Part shown: one piece after another, positions 51,805-63,975 of the stretch
How the letters are laid out: the number at the start of each line of letters is the position of its first letter
How positions within the stretch are numbered: the first letter of the stretch is position 1
Assembly (NCBI GenBank): GCA_965222155.1
Contig: CBDCTH010000004.1
Coordinates: forward strand, 320,001 to 384,000
DNA from: Gammaproteobacteria bacterium
GTDB lineage: Bacteria > Pseudomonadota > Gammaproteobacteria > Eutrophobiales > Eutrophobiaceae
Direction: 5' to 3'
Length of the DNA: 64,000 bases
Made by a program: the position numbers and the translations under genes
The notes under the pieces: generated by a model
What the model was told of the DNA's origin: nothing
Seen by the model: only the letters and a program-made list of their open reading frames with translations
Databases searched by the model: none

Positions 51805-51934
51805 TTGCCATCCTCAATGTGAATTGCGGCATGTCCGGGCATGCCGTATTCGTTGTACCAGGTTGTTAACGGGCCGGGGAAAATAGCGCTGCAAACCGGC
51901 CGCAATAGTTCACTGTCTTCAGACCGGACCTATT

Positions 51935-52204
51935 TTAACCGTCCGCTTGTTTTTCTGAAAGTGCTTTTTCCAGGGAGGTGATTTTTTTCTCCAGTTCATC
52001 CATCGCCGCACGGGTATTACTCAGTAATTGCGACTGGATGTCGAACTCTTCCCGGGTGACCAGGTTCATCCTGGAAAATGTCGCGTTCAGGGAGGCGCGC
52101 ACGACCTTCTCGAAATCCTCCCGCGAGCGACTCAGGTCCCTGGGCAGGAGGCGCAAGAACTGCTGAATGAAGTCTTCAATTTCCTGTGCCTTAATCATAT
52201 TCAT
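51935..52204 (-). CDS. ubiK: Ubiquinone biosynthesis accessory factor UbiK (YqiC)
   Basis: MNLVTREEFDIQSQLL..TR; upstream of comM, divergent from glnK-amtB. Confidence 0.88.
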   Translation of the reverse strand: MNMIKAQEIEDFIQQFLRLLPRDLSRSREDFEKVVRASLNATFSRMNLVTREEFDIQSQLLSNTRAAMDELEKKITSLEKALSEKQADG

Positions 52205-52688
52205 AATTGTCCGGTGGGCCGACCCCGTATCATAGACATTTCCCTGTACCGGGACAACTGCTTGCACTATCGTTGTGCAATCCACCTGTTTTCTGCACGT
52301 TATGGGTGCAACGACAACAAACGCCTGCGCCGACACATTACCAAAATGGATACCGGGTCAAGCCCGGTATGGTGACGGAGTTACCTGCCGGACAGGGCAA
52401 ACGCATACTTTTGAATTCAGATGTTTTTGCCCGATTCTGTCATTCTGGCGCAGGCCAGAATCCAGTGAATAACCCTTCATTACCCTGAGCCTGCGCTGTT
52501 GTTTGACTGGATGCTGGCATTCGCCAGCATGACGGGCGGTGTTGTCCGGTTGGTTTCCTGTCTTCTGCAACAGAATCCAAAAGTATGCGGTTGCCCTGAC
52601 CTGCCGGAGGATAAACCATGGTTTGGCATGATATATGCATACGATTACAGTAGATATGATTAACGCAAAATAGTCCGGAGTGAAAAAC

Positions 52689-53402
52689 ATGCGAAAAACG
52701 ATTATTAATTTGGGCATCCTCATACTTTCCATATGTTCTGCAAACGCATCGGCAGAAGATTCACCGCACCAGTTCAGCGGCAACGTGGCGCTGGTGACCG
52801 ATTATCTTTACCGGGGCATTTCCCAGACCAGTGAGAAAGCGGCTGTCCAGGGCGGCATGGATTATTCGCATGGGCCATCCGGGTTTTACCTGGGTACCTG
52901 GGCCTCCAACGTGGATTTTGCCGAGGATCTGGAAATCGACGTCTACGGCGGCATTTCGGGTGAACTCGCCGGCGGTCTCAGTTGGGACGTAGGGGGTCTC
53001 TATTATATTTACCCCAGTTCCGATGCCCAGCCGGAAGAGAACTTCGTAGAAGTATACGCCAGCACCGGCTACACCTTCCCCGGCGCACTGGAACCCACCG
53101 TGGGCGCCGGCATTGCCTATTCCCCGGACTTTTTTGGTGAAGACGGAGACGGCATCTATCTGAACGGCAGCCTGGACCTGTCGCTGCCTCACGGTTTCGG
53201 CCTGTCGTTTTACGTTGGCTGGCAGGACGTGGAAGGGGACCAGACCACGGGACCGGAAGGCTTCAACTACACCCACTACAGCGTCGGCATCAGTAAAAGC
53301 GTCGGTCCCCTGAGCCTGAGCGCATCCTGGAACGATGCAGATAACGATTGCGGCGGAGAGATATGTGAGGCGCTTGTGGGCAGTATTTCCATGAGTTTTT
53401 AA
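52689..53402 (+). CDS. TorF-family putative outer-membrane porin
   Basis: Signal peptide, DYLYRGISQT, AVQGG.D, YLGTWASNV, EID.YGG, C-terminal F. Confidence 0.88.
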   Translation: MRKTIINLGILILSICSANASAEDSPHQFSGNVALVTDYLYRGISQTSEKAAVQGGMDYSHGPSGFYLGTWASNVDFAEDLEIDVYGGISGELAGGLSWDVGGLYYIYPSSDAQPEENFVEVYASTGYTFPGALEPTVGAGIAYSPDFFGEDGDGIYLNGSLDLSLPHGFGLSFYVGWQDVEGDQTTGPEGFNYTHYSVGISKSVGPLSLSASWNDADNDCGGEICEALVGSISMSF

Positions 53403-53425
53403 GGTATTGCGTGTGGGGGGGAGAT

Positions 53426-53750
53426 ATGAAGTTCGTTTCGGCCATCATCCAGCCGTCAAAACGGAACAACCTGGAACAGGGCCTGGCTGAAATCGGCCTG
53501 CAAGGCATGACAGTCACGGAGGTCAGCGGTATAGGCCAGCAGAAAGGCCATACCGCGATCTATCAGGGAGCGGAATACGTGCTGGATTATTTACCGAAAC
53601 TGAAGATTGACATCGCCGCTGAAGACCGGTTGCTGGATGATGTGATTACGGTAATCATGGAGGCGTGTCAAACGAAAAGAACAGGTGACGGGAAGGTATT
53701 TATTAGCGAACTGGACCAAGTTGTCCGAATACGTACAGGAGAAACTGATA

Positions 53751-53764
<14 letters not shown>
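53426..53764 (+). CDS. glnK: P-II nitrogen regulator, divergent paralog
   Basis: GMTVTEV, GHTAIYQGAEY, GDGKVF, RIRTGE. Confidence 0.85.
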
Positions 53765-55455
<1,691 letters not shown>

Positions 55456-55540
55456 CAGGAAACACAGGCTGCTCCTGGGAATTTGGTAACAAAGGATCAG
55501 AGAGGAACCGGGAGATAAAAAAGAATTGCCGGAGGACTTT

Positions 55541-56836
55541 ATGAAACAACTTAAAATACGCTCGTTGATGGTTCTTGCCGGGCTCATCATCCCTGCAGTC
55601 AGCCTGGCCCAGGACGCACCTGAACTGAACGGCGCCAATACCGCCTGGATCCTGGTATCCACTGCCCTGGTGCTGTTCATGACACTGCCGGGGCTGGCCC
55701 TGTTCTATTCGGGCCTGGTGCGCAGCAAGAACGTCCTGTCCGTGCTCATGCAGTGCTTCACCATCGCCTGCCTGATGTCCATCCTGTGGTTGGTGCTGGC
55801 CTACGGTCTGGCCTTCGGTGACGGCGGCGGGATGAACTCGTTCATCGGAATGGGCAAGATTCTCCTCAGCGGGGTAGGTTGGGACAGCCTCAGCGGCGAT
55901 ATCCCCGAGACCGTATTTTTCATGTTCCAGATGACGTTCGCCATTATCACGCCCGCCCTGATCGTGGGCGGCTTCGCAGAGCGTATGAAATTTTCCGCGG
56001 TACTGTGGTTTTCATGCCTGTGGTTATTGCTGGTGTACGCCCCCGTGTGCCACTGGGTGTGGGGCGGCGGCTGGCTGGGCGATATGGGTTTCATGGACTT
56101 TGCCGGCGGTACGGTGGTGCATATCAACGCCGGTGTGGCTGCGATTGTCGCGGCGATAGTGCTGGGCAATCGCAAAGGTTTCCCCGGCACCGCGATGCCG
56201 CCACACAATATGACCCTGACCGTGGCCGGCGCCTCGATGTTGTGGGTAGGCTGGTTCGGCTTTAACGCCGGCAGCGCCCTGGCCGCCGACGGTAATGCCG
56301 GCATGGCCATGCTGGTCACGCATATCTCCGCGGCGGCAGGTTCCCTGGCCTGGGTTACCTGCGAATGGATCAAACACGGCAAGCCCAGCGTGCTGGGCAT
56401 CGTCACCGGTATGGTGGCGGGGCTGGGCACGATTACCCCGGCGTCGGGATTCGTCGGACCTCTTGGCGGGCTGCTGATTGGCATTTCGGCCGGTGTCGTC
56501 TGTTATTTCGCCACCCAGTACATCAAGCGCGGCCTCAAAATCGATGATTCCCTGGACGTCTTCCCGGTGCACGGGGTCGGCGGCGCACTCGGCACCTTGT
56601 TGACTGCGGTGTTTTTTGCGAGCAGCCTCGGCGGCCCGGCTGAGGCCGGCTACGCGATGGGATCACAGTTTGCGATCCAGGCCGTAGGCGTTGTCGCCAC
56701 CGTCGTGTGGTGCGGCGTAGTCAGCTACATCCTGTTGAAGGTCCTGGACAGCCTCGTCGGCCTGCGCGTGACCTCGGACGAAGAGACCGAGGGCCTGGAC
56801 CTGATATCACACGACGAGCGCGGGTATTCCTTCTAA
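55541..56836 (+). CDS. amtB: Ammonium transporter, second copy
   Basis: DFAGGTVVH, WFGFNAGS, DDSLDVFPVH. Confidence 0.95.
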   Translation: MKQLKIRSLMVLAGLIIPAVSLAQDAPELNGANTAWILVSTALVLFMTLPGLALFYSGLVRSKNVLSVLMQCFTIACLMSILWLVLAYGLAFGDGGGMNSFIGMGKILLSGVGWDSLSGDIPETVFFMFQMTFAIITPALIVGGFAERMKFSAVLWFSCLWLLLVYAPVCHWVWGGGWLGDMGFMDFAGGTVVHINAGVAAIVAAIVLGNRKGFPGTAMPPHNMTLTVAGASMLWVGWFGFNAGSALAADGNAGMAMLVTHISAAAGSLAWVTCEWIKHGKPSVLGIVTGMVAGLGTITPASGFVGPLGGLLIGISAGVVCYFATQYIKRGLKIDDSLDVFPVHGVGGALGTLLTAVFFASSLGGPAEAGYAMGSQFAIQAVGVVATVVWCGVVSYILLKVLDSLVGLRVTSDEETEGLDLISHDERGYSF

Positions 56837-56847
56837 TCCGCCTACGT

Positions 56848-56964
56848 CGTCATACCAGCGCATGCCGGTATCCAGTAAAATAAAGAGCCGCTTTAGCGGC
56901 ACATTATTCGACTGGATACCGGGACAAGCCCGGTATGACGGACAAGGGGGACAAGCCCGGTATG
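56848..56964 (+). repeat. 117-bp composite REP-like element, copy 1
   Basis: Differs from 57843-57959 at 2 positions. Confidence 0.85.
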
Positions 56965-56998
56965 GCGAACCCCGGCGTGACTGCCATATAATACCCCA

Positions 56999-57811
56999 AT
57001 GGATAATTACGCCGTCATCGGCAACCCGATAGCGCACAGCCTGTCGCCCCGGATCCACGGACTGTTCGCCGCGCAGACAGGGCAGGCGTTAAATTACCGC
57101 GCCATCCTCTCCCATTCCGACGACTTTACCGCCAGCGTCGAGGCATTCAGGCAGGCCGGCGGGCGCGGACTGAACGTCACCCTGCCGTTCAAGGAGCAGG
57201 CCTGGGAATACGTCAACGACAGCAGCGCCCGGGCGAACCGGGTGAGAGCCGTCAACCTGATACGCTTTGACGGCGCGGGCCAGGTTTACGGTGATTCCAC
57301 TGACGGGGCAGGACTGGTGCGCGATCTCGCCGTCAACCAGATGCAAATCAGGCAAAAACGCATCCTGCTGGTAGGCGCCGGCGGAGCAGTCAGAAGTGTA
57401 CTGGGGAGTCTCATAGACGAACAACCGGTGAGTATGACCATCATCAACCGCACCCGGTCCCGGGCGGAACAACTGCTGGAACTGTTTCCCGAAGCCCGGG
57501 GAATGCTCAATGCGCAGGGCTTTGACGAACCGGCAGGCGGCCCCTATGACCTGGTGGTCAACGGCACCTCAGCAGGCCTGGCCGGCCAGCCTTTACCGTT
57601 AGCGGATAGCATACTGGCAGATGGCGCTTGCTGCTATGACATGGCCTACGGCCAGGCGGCGCAGGTATTTCTGGACTGGGCCGCGAACAACGGCGCAGCA
57701 ATAATCAGCGACGGCCTGGGAATGCTGGTGGAACAGGCCGCCGAATCATTCTACCTCTGGCGCGGCATCCGCCCGGATGCGCAACCGGTCATACAAGCCC
57801 TCAGGTCATAA
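56999..57811 (+). CDS. aroE: Shikimate dehydrogenase
   Basis: VIGNPIAHSLSP, GLNVTLPFK, GAGGA, NRT, DGLGMLVEQA. Confidence 0.95.
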   Translation: MDNYAVIGNPIAHSLSPRIHGLFAAQTGQALNYRAILSHSDDFTASVEAFRQAGGRGLNVTLPFKEQAWEYVNDSSARANRVRAVNLIRFDGAGQVYGDSTDGAGLVRDLAVNQMQIRQKRILLVGAGGAVRSVLGSLIDEQPVSMTIINRTRSRAEQLLELFPEARGMLNAQGFDEPAGGPYDLVVNGTSAGLAGQPLPLADSILADGACCYDMAYGQAAQVFLDWAANNGAAIISDGLGMLVEQAAESFYLWRGIRPDAQPVIQALRS

Positions 57812-57842
57812 AGGCTTAATACACACACCATTGCGCCCCCGC

Positions 57843-57959
57843 CGTCATACCGGCGCATGCCGGTATCCAGTAAAATAAAGAGCCGCTTTAGCGGCACATT
57901 ATTCGACTGGATACCGGGACAAGCCCGGTATGACGGACGAGGGGGACAAGCCCGGTATG
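57843..57959 (+). repeat. 117-bp composite REP-like element, copy 2
   Basis: Direct repeat of 56848-56964. Confidence 0.85.
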
Positions 57960-57976
57960 ACGAGCCCTCAGTAGAA

Positions 57977-59290
57977 CTACAACCCCTGCATCCTGTCCAT
58001 CAGGTCAGGCAGCCAGGTGACCAGGATGGGGAACAGGCACAGCAGGATGATGGTAGCGACCTGTATCGATATGAAAGGAATGATCCCCTGGTAAATATGC
58101 TGGATACGGATCTCTTTCGGGGCCACCGCCTTCAGGTAAAACAGGGAAAAGCCGAAAGGCGGGGTCAGGAAAGACGTTTGCAGGTTGATGGCTATCAGTA
58201 CGGCAAGCCACAACAGGTCGACCCCCGTGGCAGCGGCGATGGGCGCCAGGATAGGAACGACGATAAAACATATCTGGAGAAAATCCAGGAAGAAGCCAAG
58301 GAAGAAGATCAGGAGCATGCTGGCGATGAGAAAGCCCAGTGTGCCGCCGGGCAGGTTGGTCATCACGTTCAGCACCAGGTCGTCGCCGCCCATACCCCGG
58401 AAAACCAACCCGAAAGCAGTGGCGCCGATCAGGATCATAAAGACCATACTGGTCAGGCGGGTGGTCAGCCGCATGGCCTCGCGCAGCCTGTCCAGGGTGA
58501 GTTGCCGGTGCATTGCCGCCAGAACCAGGGCGCCCAGAGCGCCGACCGCAGCCGATTCCGTAGGCGATGCAATACCGAAGAATATCGAGCCCAGCACACC
58601 GACGACCAGGATCAAGGGGGGCAGCAGAGTCAGGAAGACCTTGCGCAGTAAATTATCGTCTGTTTCGGCCTTGATCGTGGGCGCGACTTCCGGCCTGAGC
58701 CAGGCATACACGCTGATGTAGATCAGGAACAAGACCACGAGAAGCAATCCCGGCACAACGGCGCCGATGAACAACCGGCCTACGGGTACGCCAATCACGT
58801 CGCCCAGCAATATCAGGACGATACTCGGGGGGATGATCTGCCCCAGGGTGCCTGCCGCTGCGATAGTGCCGGTTGAAAGTTGCCTGGAATAATTACGTCG
58901 CAGCATGGTGGGCAGCGCAATGATCCCCATGGTGACTACCGTCGCTCCCACAACCCCGGTGGTAGCGGCCAGCAGTGCGCCGACGACAACGACGGAAATG
59001 GCCAACCCGCCGCGCAGCCGGCCGAACAGCAACCCCATCGTTTCCAGCAAGTCCTCCGCCAGTCCGGATTTATCCAGAACGATCCCCATGAAAATGAACA
59101 ACGGGACGGCCAGCAAGGTAAAATTGGTCATAACCCCCCAGATTCGCAGGGGCAGCAAGTGGAAAAAATCAAATCCAAGGAACACCCCGCCGAACAGCAG
59201 CGCAATCGCCCCCAGGGTAAAAGCGACCGGATAGCCCAGCATCAGCAAGACCATCAGGCTCAGGAACATCAGGGCGATCCAGACAGTCAT
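57977..59290 (-). CDS. dctM: TRAP transporter large permease
   Basis: LLAVPLFIFMG, GTLGQIIPPS, PTESAAVG, LTPPFG. Confidence 0.92.
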   Translation of the reverse strand: MTVWIALMFLSLMVLLMLGYPVAFTLGAIALLFGGVFLGFDFFHLLPLRIWGVMTNFTLLAVPLFIFMGIVLDKSGLAEDLLETMGLLFGRLRGGLAISVVVVGALLAATTGVVGATVVTMGIIALPTMLRRNYSRQLSTGTIAAAGTLGQIIPPSIVLILLGDVIGVPVGRLFIGAVVPGLLLVVLFLIYISVYAWLRPEVAPTIKAETDDNLLRKVFLTLLPPLILVVGVLGSIFFGIASPTESAAVGALGALVLAAMHRQLTLDRLREAMRLTTRLTSMVFMILIGATAFGLVFRGMGGDDLVLNVMTNLPGGTLGFLIASMLLIFFLGFFLDFLQICFIVVPILAPIAAATGVDLLWLAVLIAINLQTSFLTPPFGFSLFYLKAVAPKEIRIQHIYQGIIPFISIQVATIILLCLFPILVTWLPDLMDRMQGL

Positions 59291-59808
59291 CGGTGCTTAC
59301 GGAGGATCAGAGACAGACTTTTCAGGCTCTCACTGACGCCCTGGATGATCAACAGGAAAAAGCCCAGCGGTATCGTCGCCTTCAGGATCCAGCGCAACGG
59401 CAGTCCGCCGGGGTCGGGCGAGCCCTCGGAAAACTGGTAGGCCTGGATTACGAAAGGCCATGAGCTTATTATGATGAGGACACAGAACGGGATCAGGAAC
59501 AGCAGCGAACAGCCCAGGTTGACCCAGGCGCGGCGGTAGTCCGACATGAAACGGCTGCGGTAGACCAGGTCCAGCCGCACATGGTCATCGTGTTTCAGGG
59601 TATAGGCAGCGCCCAACAGGAATATGATCGAAAACAGGTGCCACTCCAACTCCTGGATCGCAATGGACCCGCTCAGAAAGAAATACCTCATCACGACGTC
59701 ATAGGAAACCAGCACCACCAACACCAGTACCAGCCACGCCAACCCCCTCCCGGAGAGTTCACTGAAGCGCTCAATCCTGTCCGACAAACCCTGTATCAGT
59801 TGTTGCAT
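59287..59808 (-). CDS. dctQ: TRAP transporter small permease
   Basis: DVVMRY, QELEW, HVRLD, EGSPDPGGLP. Confidence 0.9.
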   Translation of the reverse strand: MQQLIQGLSDRIERFSELSGRGLAWLVLVLVVLVSYDVVMRYFFLSGSIAIQELEWHLFSIIFLLGAAYTLKHDDHVRLDLVYRSRFMSDYRRAWVNLGCSLLFLIPFCVLIIISSWPFVIQAYQFSEGSPDPGGLPLRWILKATIPLGFFLLIIQGVSESLKSLSLILRKHR

Positions 59809-59833
59809 AACCAACCCATTTTAACCCTTTCTC

Positions 59834-60434
59834 AATTCAGGACACCCATAAATTTGAAGACTCAATCCAGGATAACTTAATTCGGGACACCCATAAATTA
59901 AAACCCTCAATTCAGGACACCCATAAATTAATGGGTGTCCCGGATTTCCATAAATTAATGGGTGTCCCGGATTTCCATAAATTAATGGGTGTCCCGGATT
60001 TCCATAAATTAATGGGTGTCCCGGATTTCCATAAATTAATGGGTGTCCCGGATTTCCATAAATTAATGGGTGTCCCGGATTTCCATAAATTAATGGGTGT
60101 CCCGGATTTCCATAAATTAATGGGTGTCCCGGATTTCCATAAATTAATGGGTGTCCCGGATTTCCATAAATTAATGGGTGTCCCGGATTTCCATAAATTA
60201 ATGGGTGTCCCGGATTTCCATAAATTAATGGGTGTCCCGGATTTCCATAAATTAATGGGTGTCCCGGATTTCCATAAATTAATGGGTGTCCCGGATTTCC
60301 ATAAATTAATGGGTGTCCCGGATTTCCATAAATTAATGGGTGTCCCGGATTTCCATAAATTAATGGGTGTCCCGGATTTCCATAAATTAATGGGTGTCCC
60401 GGATTTCCATAAATTAATGGGTGTCCCGGATTTC
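59834..60434. repeat. Perfect 27-bp tandem array (18 full copies plus one partial, 59931-60434) preceded by three inverted core copies
   Basis: Unit ATGGGTGTCCCGGATTTCCATAAATTA; upstream AATTC(A/G)GGACACCCATAAATT x3. Confidence 0.97.
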
Positions 60435-60441
60435 TTTGGGC

Positions 60442-61221
60442 TTATTCTAGGGAGTTGGACAGGTTTATGTAATTCGCGACGCTTAATTCGGCTGGTCTTG
60501 CGGAGGGGGGGATATCCAGGTCCTCCAGTTGTGTTGCGGTGAACCAGGGTTTCAGTCCGTTGCTGATTTTTTTACGGCGGGAGGAGAAGGCGGTGCGTAC
60601 CAGTTCGGTAAATTGGTCGAAATTTCGTATCCGGGTTGTTGCCTCGGGTATGACATTCAGCCGGACCATGGCTGAATCGACCTTCGGGCTGGGGCTGAAG
60701 GCTTCAGGTCCCACATCAAACAGTCTTTCCATGCGGCAGCGCGCCTGCACCATGACGCTGAGGCGGCCGTATTCGGGCGTGCCCGCATGGGCGCAGAGTC
60801 GGCCCACAACTTCTTTCTGCAACATGAACACCATCAGGCCGATCTGTTTGAAGCGCAGCAGGTGGAACAGCAGGGGAGTGGAAATGTTGTAGGGCAGGTT
60901 CCCCACCACTTTCAGGCGCTCCGCCGGGAACCTGGTAAAATCAAGCCGCAGCGCGTCCTGCCGAACCAGGTTCAAAGACCCTCTGTCCATGCACCTCTCG
61001 ATCAGGTCGGCAGCCAGGTCCCGATCAATCTCAACCACGTCAAGCCGGCCGATGCTGCTCAGCAGAGGTAGTGTCAGCGCGCCTTTCCCGGGGCCGATTT
61101 CCACGATTCTTTCACCGGGACGCGGGTCGATGGCTTGGATGATTCTCTCAACGACGGTCTCATCGACAAGAAAATGCTGGCCGAAGCGCCTGCGCGCTGG
61201 ATGCAGCCGGGTACTAGCCAT
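60442..61221 (-). CDS. rsmA: 16S rRNA dimethyladenosine transferase
   Basis: RRFGQHFL, VEIGPGKGALT, VGNLPYNISTP, MLQKEV, YGRLSV. Confidence 0.96.
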   Translation of the reverse strand: MASTRLHPARRRFGQHFLVDETVVERIIQAIDPRPGERIVEIGPGKGALTLPLLSSIGRLDVVEIDRDLAADLIERCMDRGSLNLVRQDALRLDFTRFPAERLKVVGNLPYNISTPLLFHLLRFKQIGLMVFMLQKEVVGRLCAHAGTPEYGRLSVMVQARCRMERLFDVGPEAFSPSPKVDSAMVRLNVIPEATTRIRNFDQFTELVRTAFSSRRKKISNGLKPWFTATQLEDLDIPPSARPAELSVANYINLSNSLE

Positions 61222-61235
61222 ATGATAGCGCGCCG

Positions 61236-61517
61236 CTGCCATTCCCGCGGAAGCAGGAATCCAGTGAAACAAGGAGTCGCCCCCGGCTTACGACATGCCG
61301 GGGCAGGCTCCGGCGATACAACATCAGACTGGATGCTGGGTCAAGCCCGGCATGGTGATGAGGGCAACGGCCAACATTCTTGCGCACACTCCCACTGCCA
61401 TTCCTGCGGAAGCAGGAATCCAGTGAAACAAAGAGTCGCCCCCGGCTTACGACATGCCGGGGCAGGCTCTGGCGATACAACATCAGACTGGATGCCGGGT
61501 CAAGCCCGGCATGGTGA
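61236..61517. repeat. Two 123-bp composite REP-like units (61236-61358, 61395-61517)
   Basis: Near-identical direct repeats containing GGATGCCGGGTCAAGCCCGGCATG. Confidence 0.85.
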
Positions 61518-61527
61518 CGCCTGACTC

Positions 61528-62520
61528 TCATCTGCGCAGCACCATGTCAACGGCATAGTCGATGGCAGCAACCAGGCTGGTTTCCTCGGCATGGCCGGTA
61601 CCGGCCATGCCGAAGGCCGTGCCGTGGTCGACCGACGTTCTTATGATGGGCAGTCCCAGTGTGATATTCACGGTTTTACCGAAGCCGTGGGATTTCAATA
61701 CCGGCAGGCCCTGGTCATGGTACATGGCGATCACGGCATCCACGTTTTCCAGGGAAGAGGTGGTAAAAGCGGTATCCGCCGGGACCGGGCCGACCAGGTC
61801 CAGACCCGCGCATCTCAATTCATTGATGACCGGGTTGACGATCTCAATCTCCTCAGTGCCCAGGTAGCCCTGCTCGCCGGCGTGGGGATTGATGCCGCAG
61901 ACCAGCAGCCGGGGGGATTCGATGTAGAATTTTGCCCGCATATCAGCGGCAACGACCTCGATGACCTCGCGCAGGCGCCGGCGGGTGATGCGCCCGCTCA
62001 CCTGGTTCAAGGGCAGGTGAGTGGTGACCAGGGCCACCCGCGCAAAGTCGTTTGCCAGCATCATCACCGGCACCGGGTCACCGCAAAGCCCGGCAATGAA
62101 TTCGGTATGCCCGCTGAACGCATGCCCCGCGTCGGCGATCACGGATTTACTGACCGGGCCGGTCACCATGGCGTCGAATTGCCCTGCCATACAAGCCCGA
62201 ACCGCCTGCTCGATGGACGCCAGGACACAATCCGCATTCGCCGGATCCGGCCTGCCGGGCTCGACCTGCTGCGCCAGCGCCTGCCGGATATAACAGCAGT
62301 GCCCCGGCGTATGCGGCGTCGGCTCCGAACCCGGAACGAATTCGGACAGTTCAATGGCCATACCGAGCCGCCGCGCCCGGTCTTCCAGCAGATCCGGATC
62401 ACCGATAACGACAACCTGCGCCGGCAACGGCTGCCGGGCGCTTTTCAGGACGATATCAGGACCGATACCGGCAGGCTCACCCAGAGTCAACACCAACCGG
62501 GGCGGGGGTGATTTCTTCAT
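61528..62520 (-). CDS. pdxA: 4-hydroxythreonine-4-phosphate dehydrogenase
   Basis: GEPAGIGPD, FSGHTEF, GINPHAGE, AMYHDQGL, RTSVDHGTA. Confidence 0.96.
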   Translation of the reverse strand: MKKSPPPRLVLTLGEPAGIGPDIVLKSARQPLPAQVVVIGDPDLLEDRARRLGMAIELSEFVPGSEPTPHTPGHCCYIRQALAQQVEPGRPDPANADCVLASIEQAVRACMAGQFDAMVTGPVSKSVIADAGHAFSGHTEFIAGLCGDPVPVMMLANDFARVALVTTHLPLNQVSGRITRRRLREVIEVVAADMRAKFYIESPRLLVCGINPHAGEQGYLGTEEIEIVNPVINELRCAGLDLVGPVPADTAFTTSSLENVDAVIAMYHDQGLPVLKSHGFGKTVNITLGLPIIRTSVDHGTAFGMAGTGHAEETSLVAAIDYAVDMVLRR

Positions 62521-62540
62521 TTCATCCGTAGATTTGTTAT

Positions 62541-62664
62541 GCCACAGAGGACACAGAGAAGAAATAATACGAATAACAGACAGGACGAATTGATGAACAT
62601 GCAGTCTGTCCACACATAAAAAAAGAATCCCGATTCACTCTGTGATCTCTGTGTCCTCTGTGGC
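62541..62664. repeat. 18-bp perfect inverted-repeat pair (MITE-like)
   Basis: GCCACAGAGGACACAGAG (62541) / CTCTGTGTCCTCTGTGGC (62647). Confidence 0.7.
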
Positions 62665-62694
62665 TTTCAAATTTTTCTGCAGTTGCATCTTGCT

Positions 62695-63975
62695 TCATGA
62701 ATCCAGTCGATATTCCACGTAAGCCTCATCGCGCATCTGGCGCAGCCAGTCAGTGCGCGCCTCATCCAGTTTGCGCCTGCGAATCGCTTCCCTGGCCCGC
62801 GCCCGCTTGAGATCTTCGGTGCTGTCATGCTCCCTCCGGTCCAGCACCTGGACGACGTGAAAACCGAACTGGGTCCTGAACGGTTCACTGGTAGCGCCGG
62901 GTTCAAGCGAATCCATCACCCGTTGGAACTCAGGTACCAGGTCGCCGGGGTTGACCCAGCCCAGGTCCCCGCCTTGCGCGGCGCTCATGGCATCCACGGA
63001 ATGGGCCTTGGCCAGTTCGGCAAAATCATCTCCACCCTCAATGCGTACTCTCAATTGCTGCAGCCGGCGTAGTGCATCCTCGGGCGTTGTCAACTCATCG
63101 GGCTGGATCAGGATATGCCTGGCATTGGTCTGGGTGACCACAACCTGCTCACTGCTGCGCTTGTCGAGCAGCTTGATGATATGGTAACCGCTGGGGCTCT
63201 TGATAATATCGCTGAGACCGCCTACTTCCATATCGGTGATAAAATCAGCAAACAGCGTCGGGACCTGTCCGGCCTTGCGCCAACCCAGATCACCGCCGTC
63301 CAGCGCCTGCTGGCCGTCGGAGTAAGTGGCAGCCATATTGCTGAAATCGGCGCCCCCTTGAAGCTCACTCAATACTTTATCGGCGGTCTCCCTGGTTTTC
63401 GTGACCTGACGGGTCGAAGCCCCCTCGGTTATCGCAATCAGTATATGGGCGATATGGAATTCAATGTCCGTTTCACCCTGGAATTCCCGGTTCGAAAGAA
63501 AATTTTCGATCTCCCTTTCGGTTACGATTATCCGGTTGTCGACCTGTCGTTGTTGCAGACGTGAAATGAGGATTTCATTGCGTATGTCGTTACGAAAGGT
63601 CTCGTATCCGTAACCGTCACCTTCCAGGATTTCCCTGAACTGGTTGAGATTCAGTTCGTTTTCCGCGGCAATATTGCTGATGGTGCGATTCAGGGTTTCA
63701 TCATCGACCCGTATCCCGGTGTTTTGCGCCGTCTGGATCTGCAACTTCGTCATGATCAGCCGGTCCAGGACCTGCTTTTCCAGGATAGCCTGCGGCGGCA
63801 GAGGAATATTCTGCTCTTGCATCTGCTTTGTCACCGTCTTGATCTTCTCGGCCAGCTCGCTGCGCATGATCACGTCATCATTGATGACCGCAACTATCCG
63901 GTCCAGGTCCTGCACAGCCATGCCCGGGGTGGACAGCAGGACACCGGCGAACAGTATCAGGGCCCGTAGTTTCAT
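62695..63975 (-). CDS. surA: Periplasmic chaperone / peptidyl-prolyl isomerase SurA
   Basis: LDRIVAVIN, two parvulin domains (HILI...GGDLGW); upstream of pdxA. Confidence 0.95.
   Translation of the reverse strand: MKLRALILFAGVLLSTPGMAVQDLDRIVAVINDDVIMRSELAEKIKTVTKQMQEQNIPLPPQAILEKQVLDRLIMTKLQIQTAQNTGIRVDDETLNRTISNIAAENELNLNQFREILEGDGYGYETFRNDIRNEILISRLQQRQVDNRIIVTEREIENFLSNREFQGETDIEFHIAHILIAITEGASTRQVTKTRETADKVLSELQGGADFSNMAATYSDGQQALDGGDLGWRKAGQVPTLFADFITDMEVGGLSDIIKSPSGYHIIKLLDKRSSEQVVVTQTNARHILIQPDELTTPEDALRRLQQLRVRIEGGDDFAELAKAHSVDAMSAAQGGDLGWVNPGDLVPEFQRVMDSLEPGATSEPFRTQFGFHVVQVLDRREHDSTEDLKRARAREAIRRRKLDEARTDWLRQMRDEAYVEYRLDS

Noticed and set aside
59931-60542. 27-bp array as a CRISPR or as a (MGVPDFHKL)n protein
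   Set aside because: Units are contiguous and identical with no spacers, and no cas genes are present. The ORF is a by-product of a stop-free 27-nt period and overlaps rsmA antisense.
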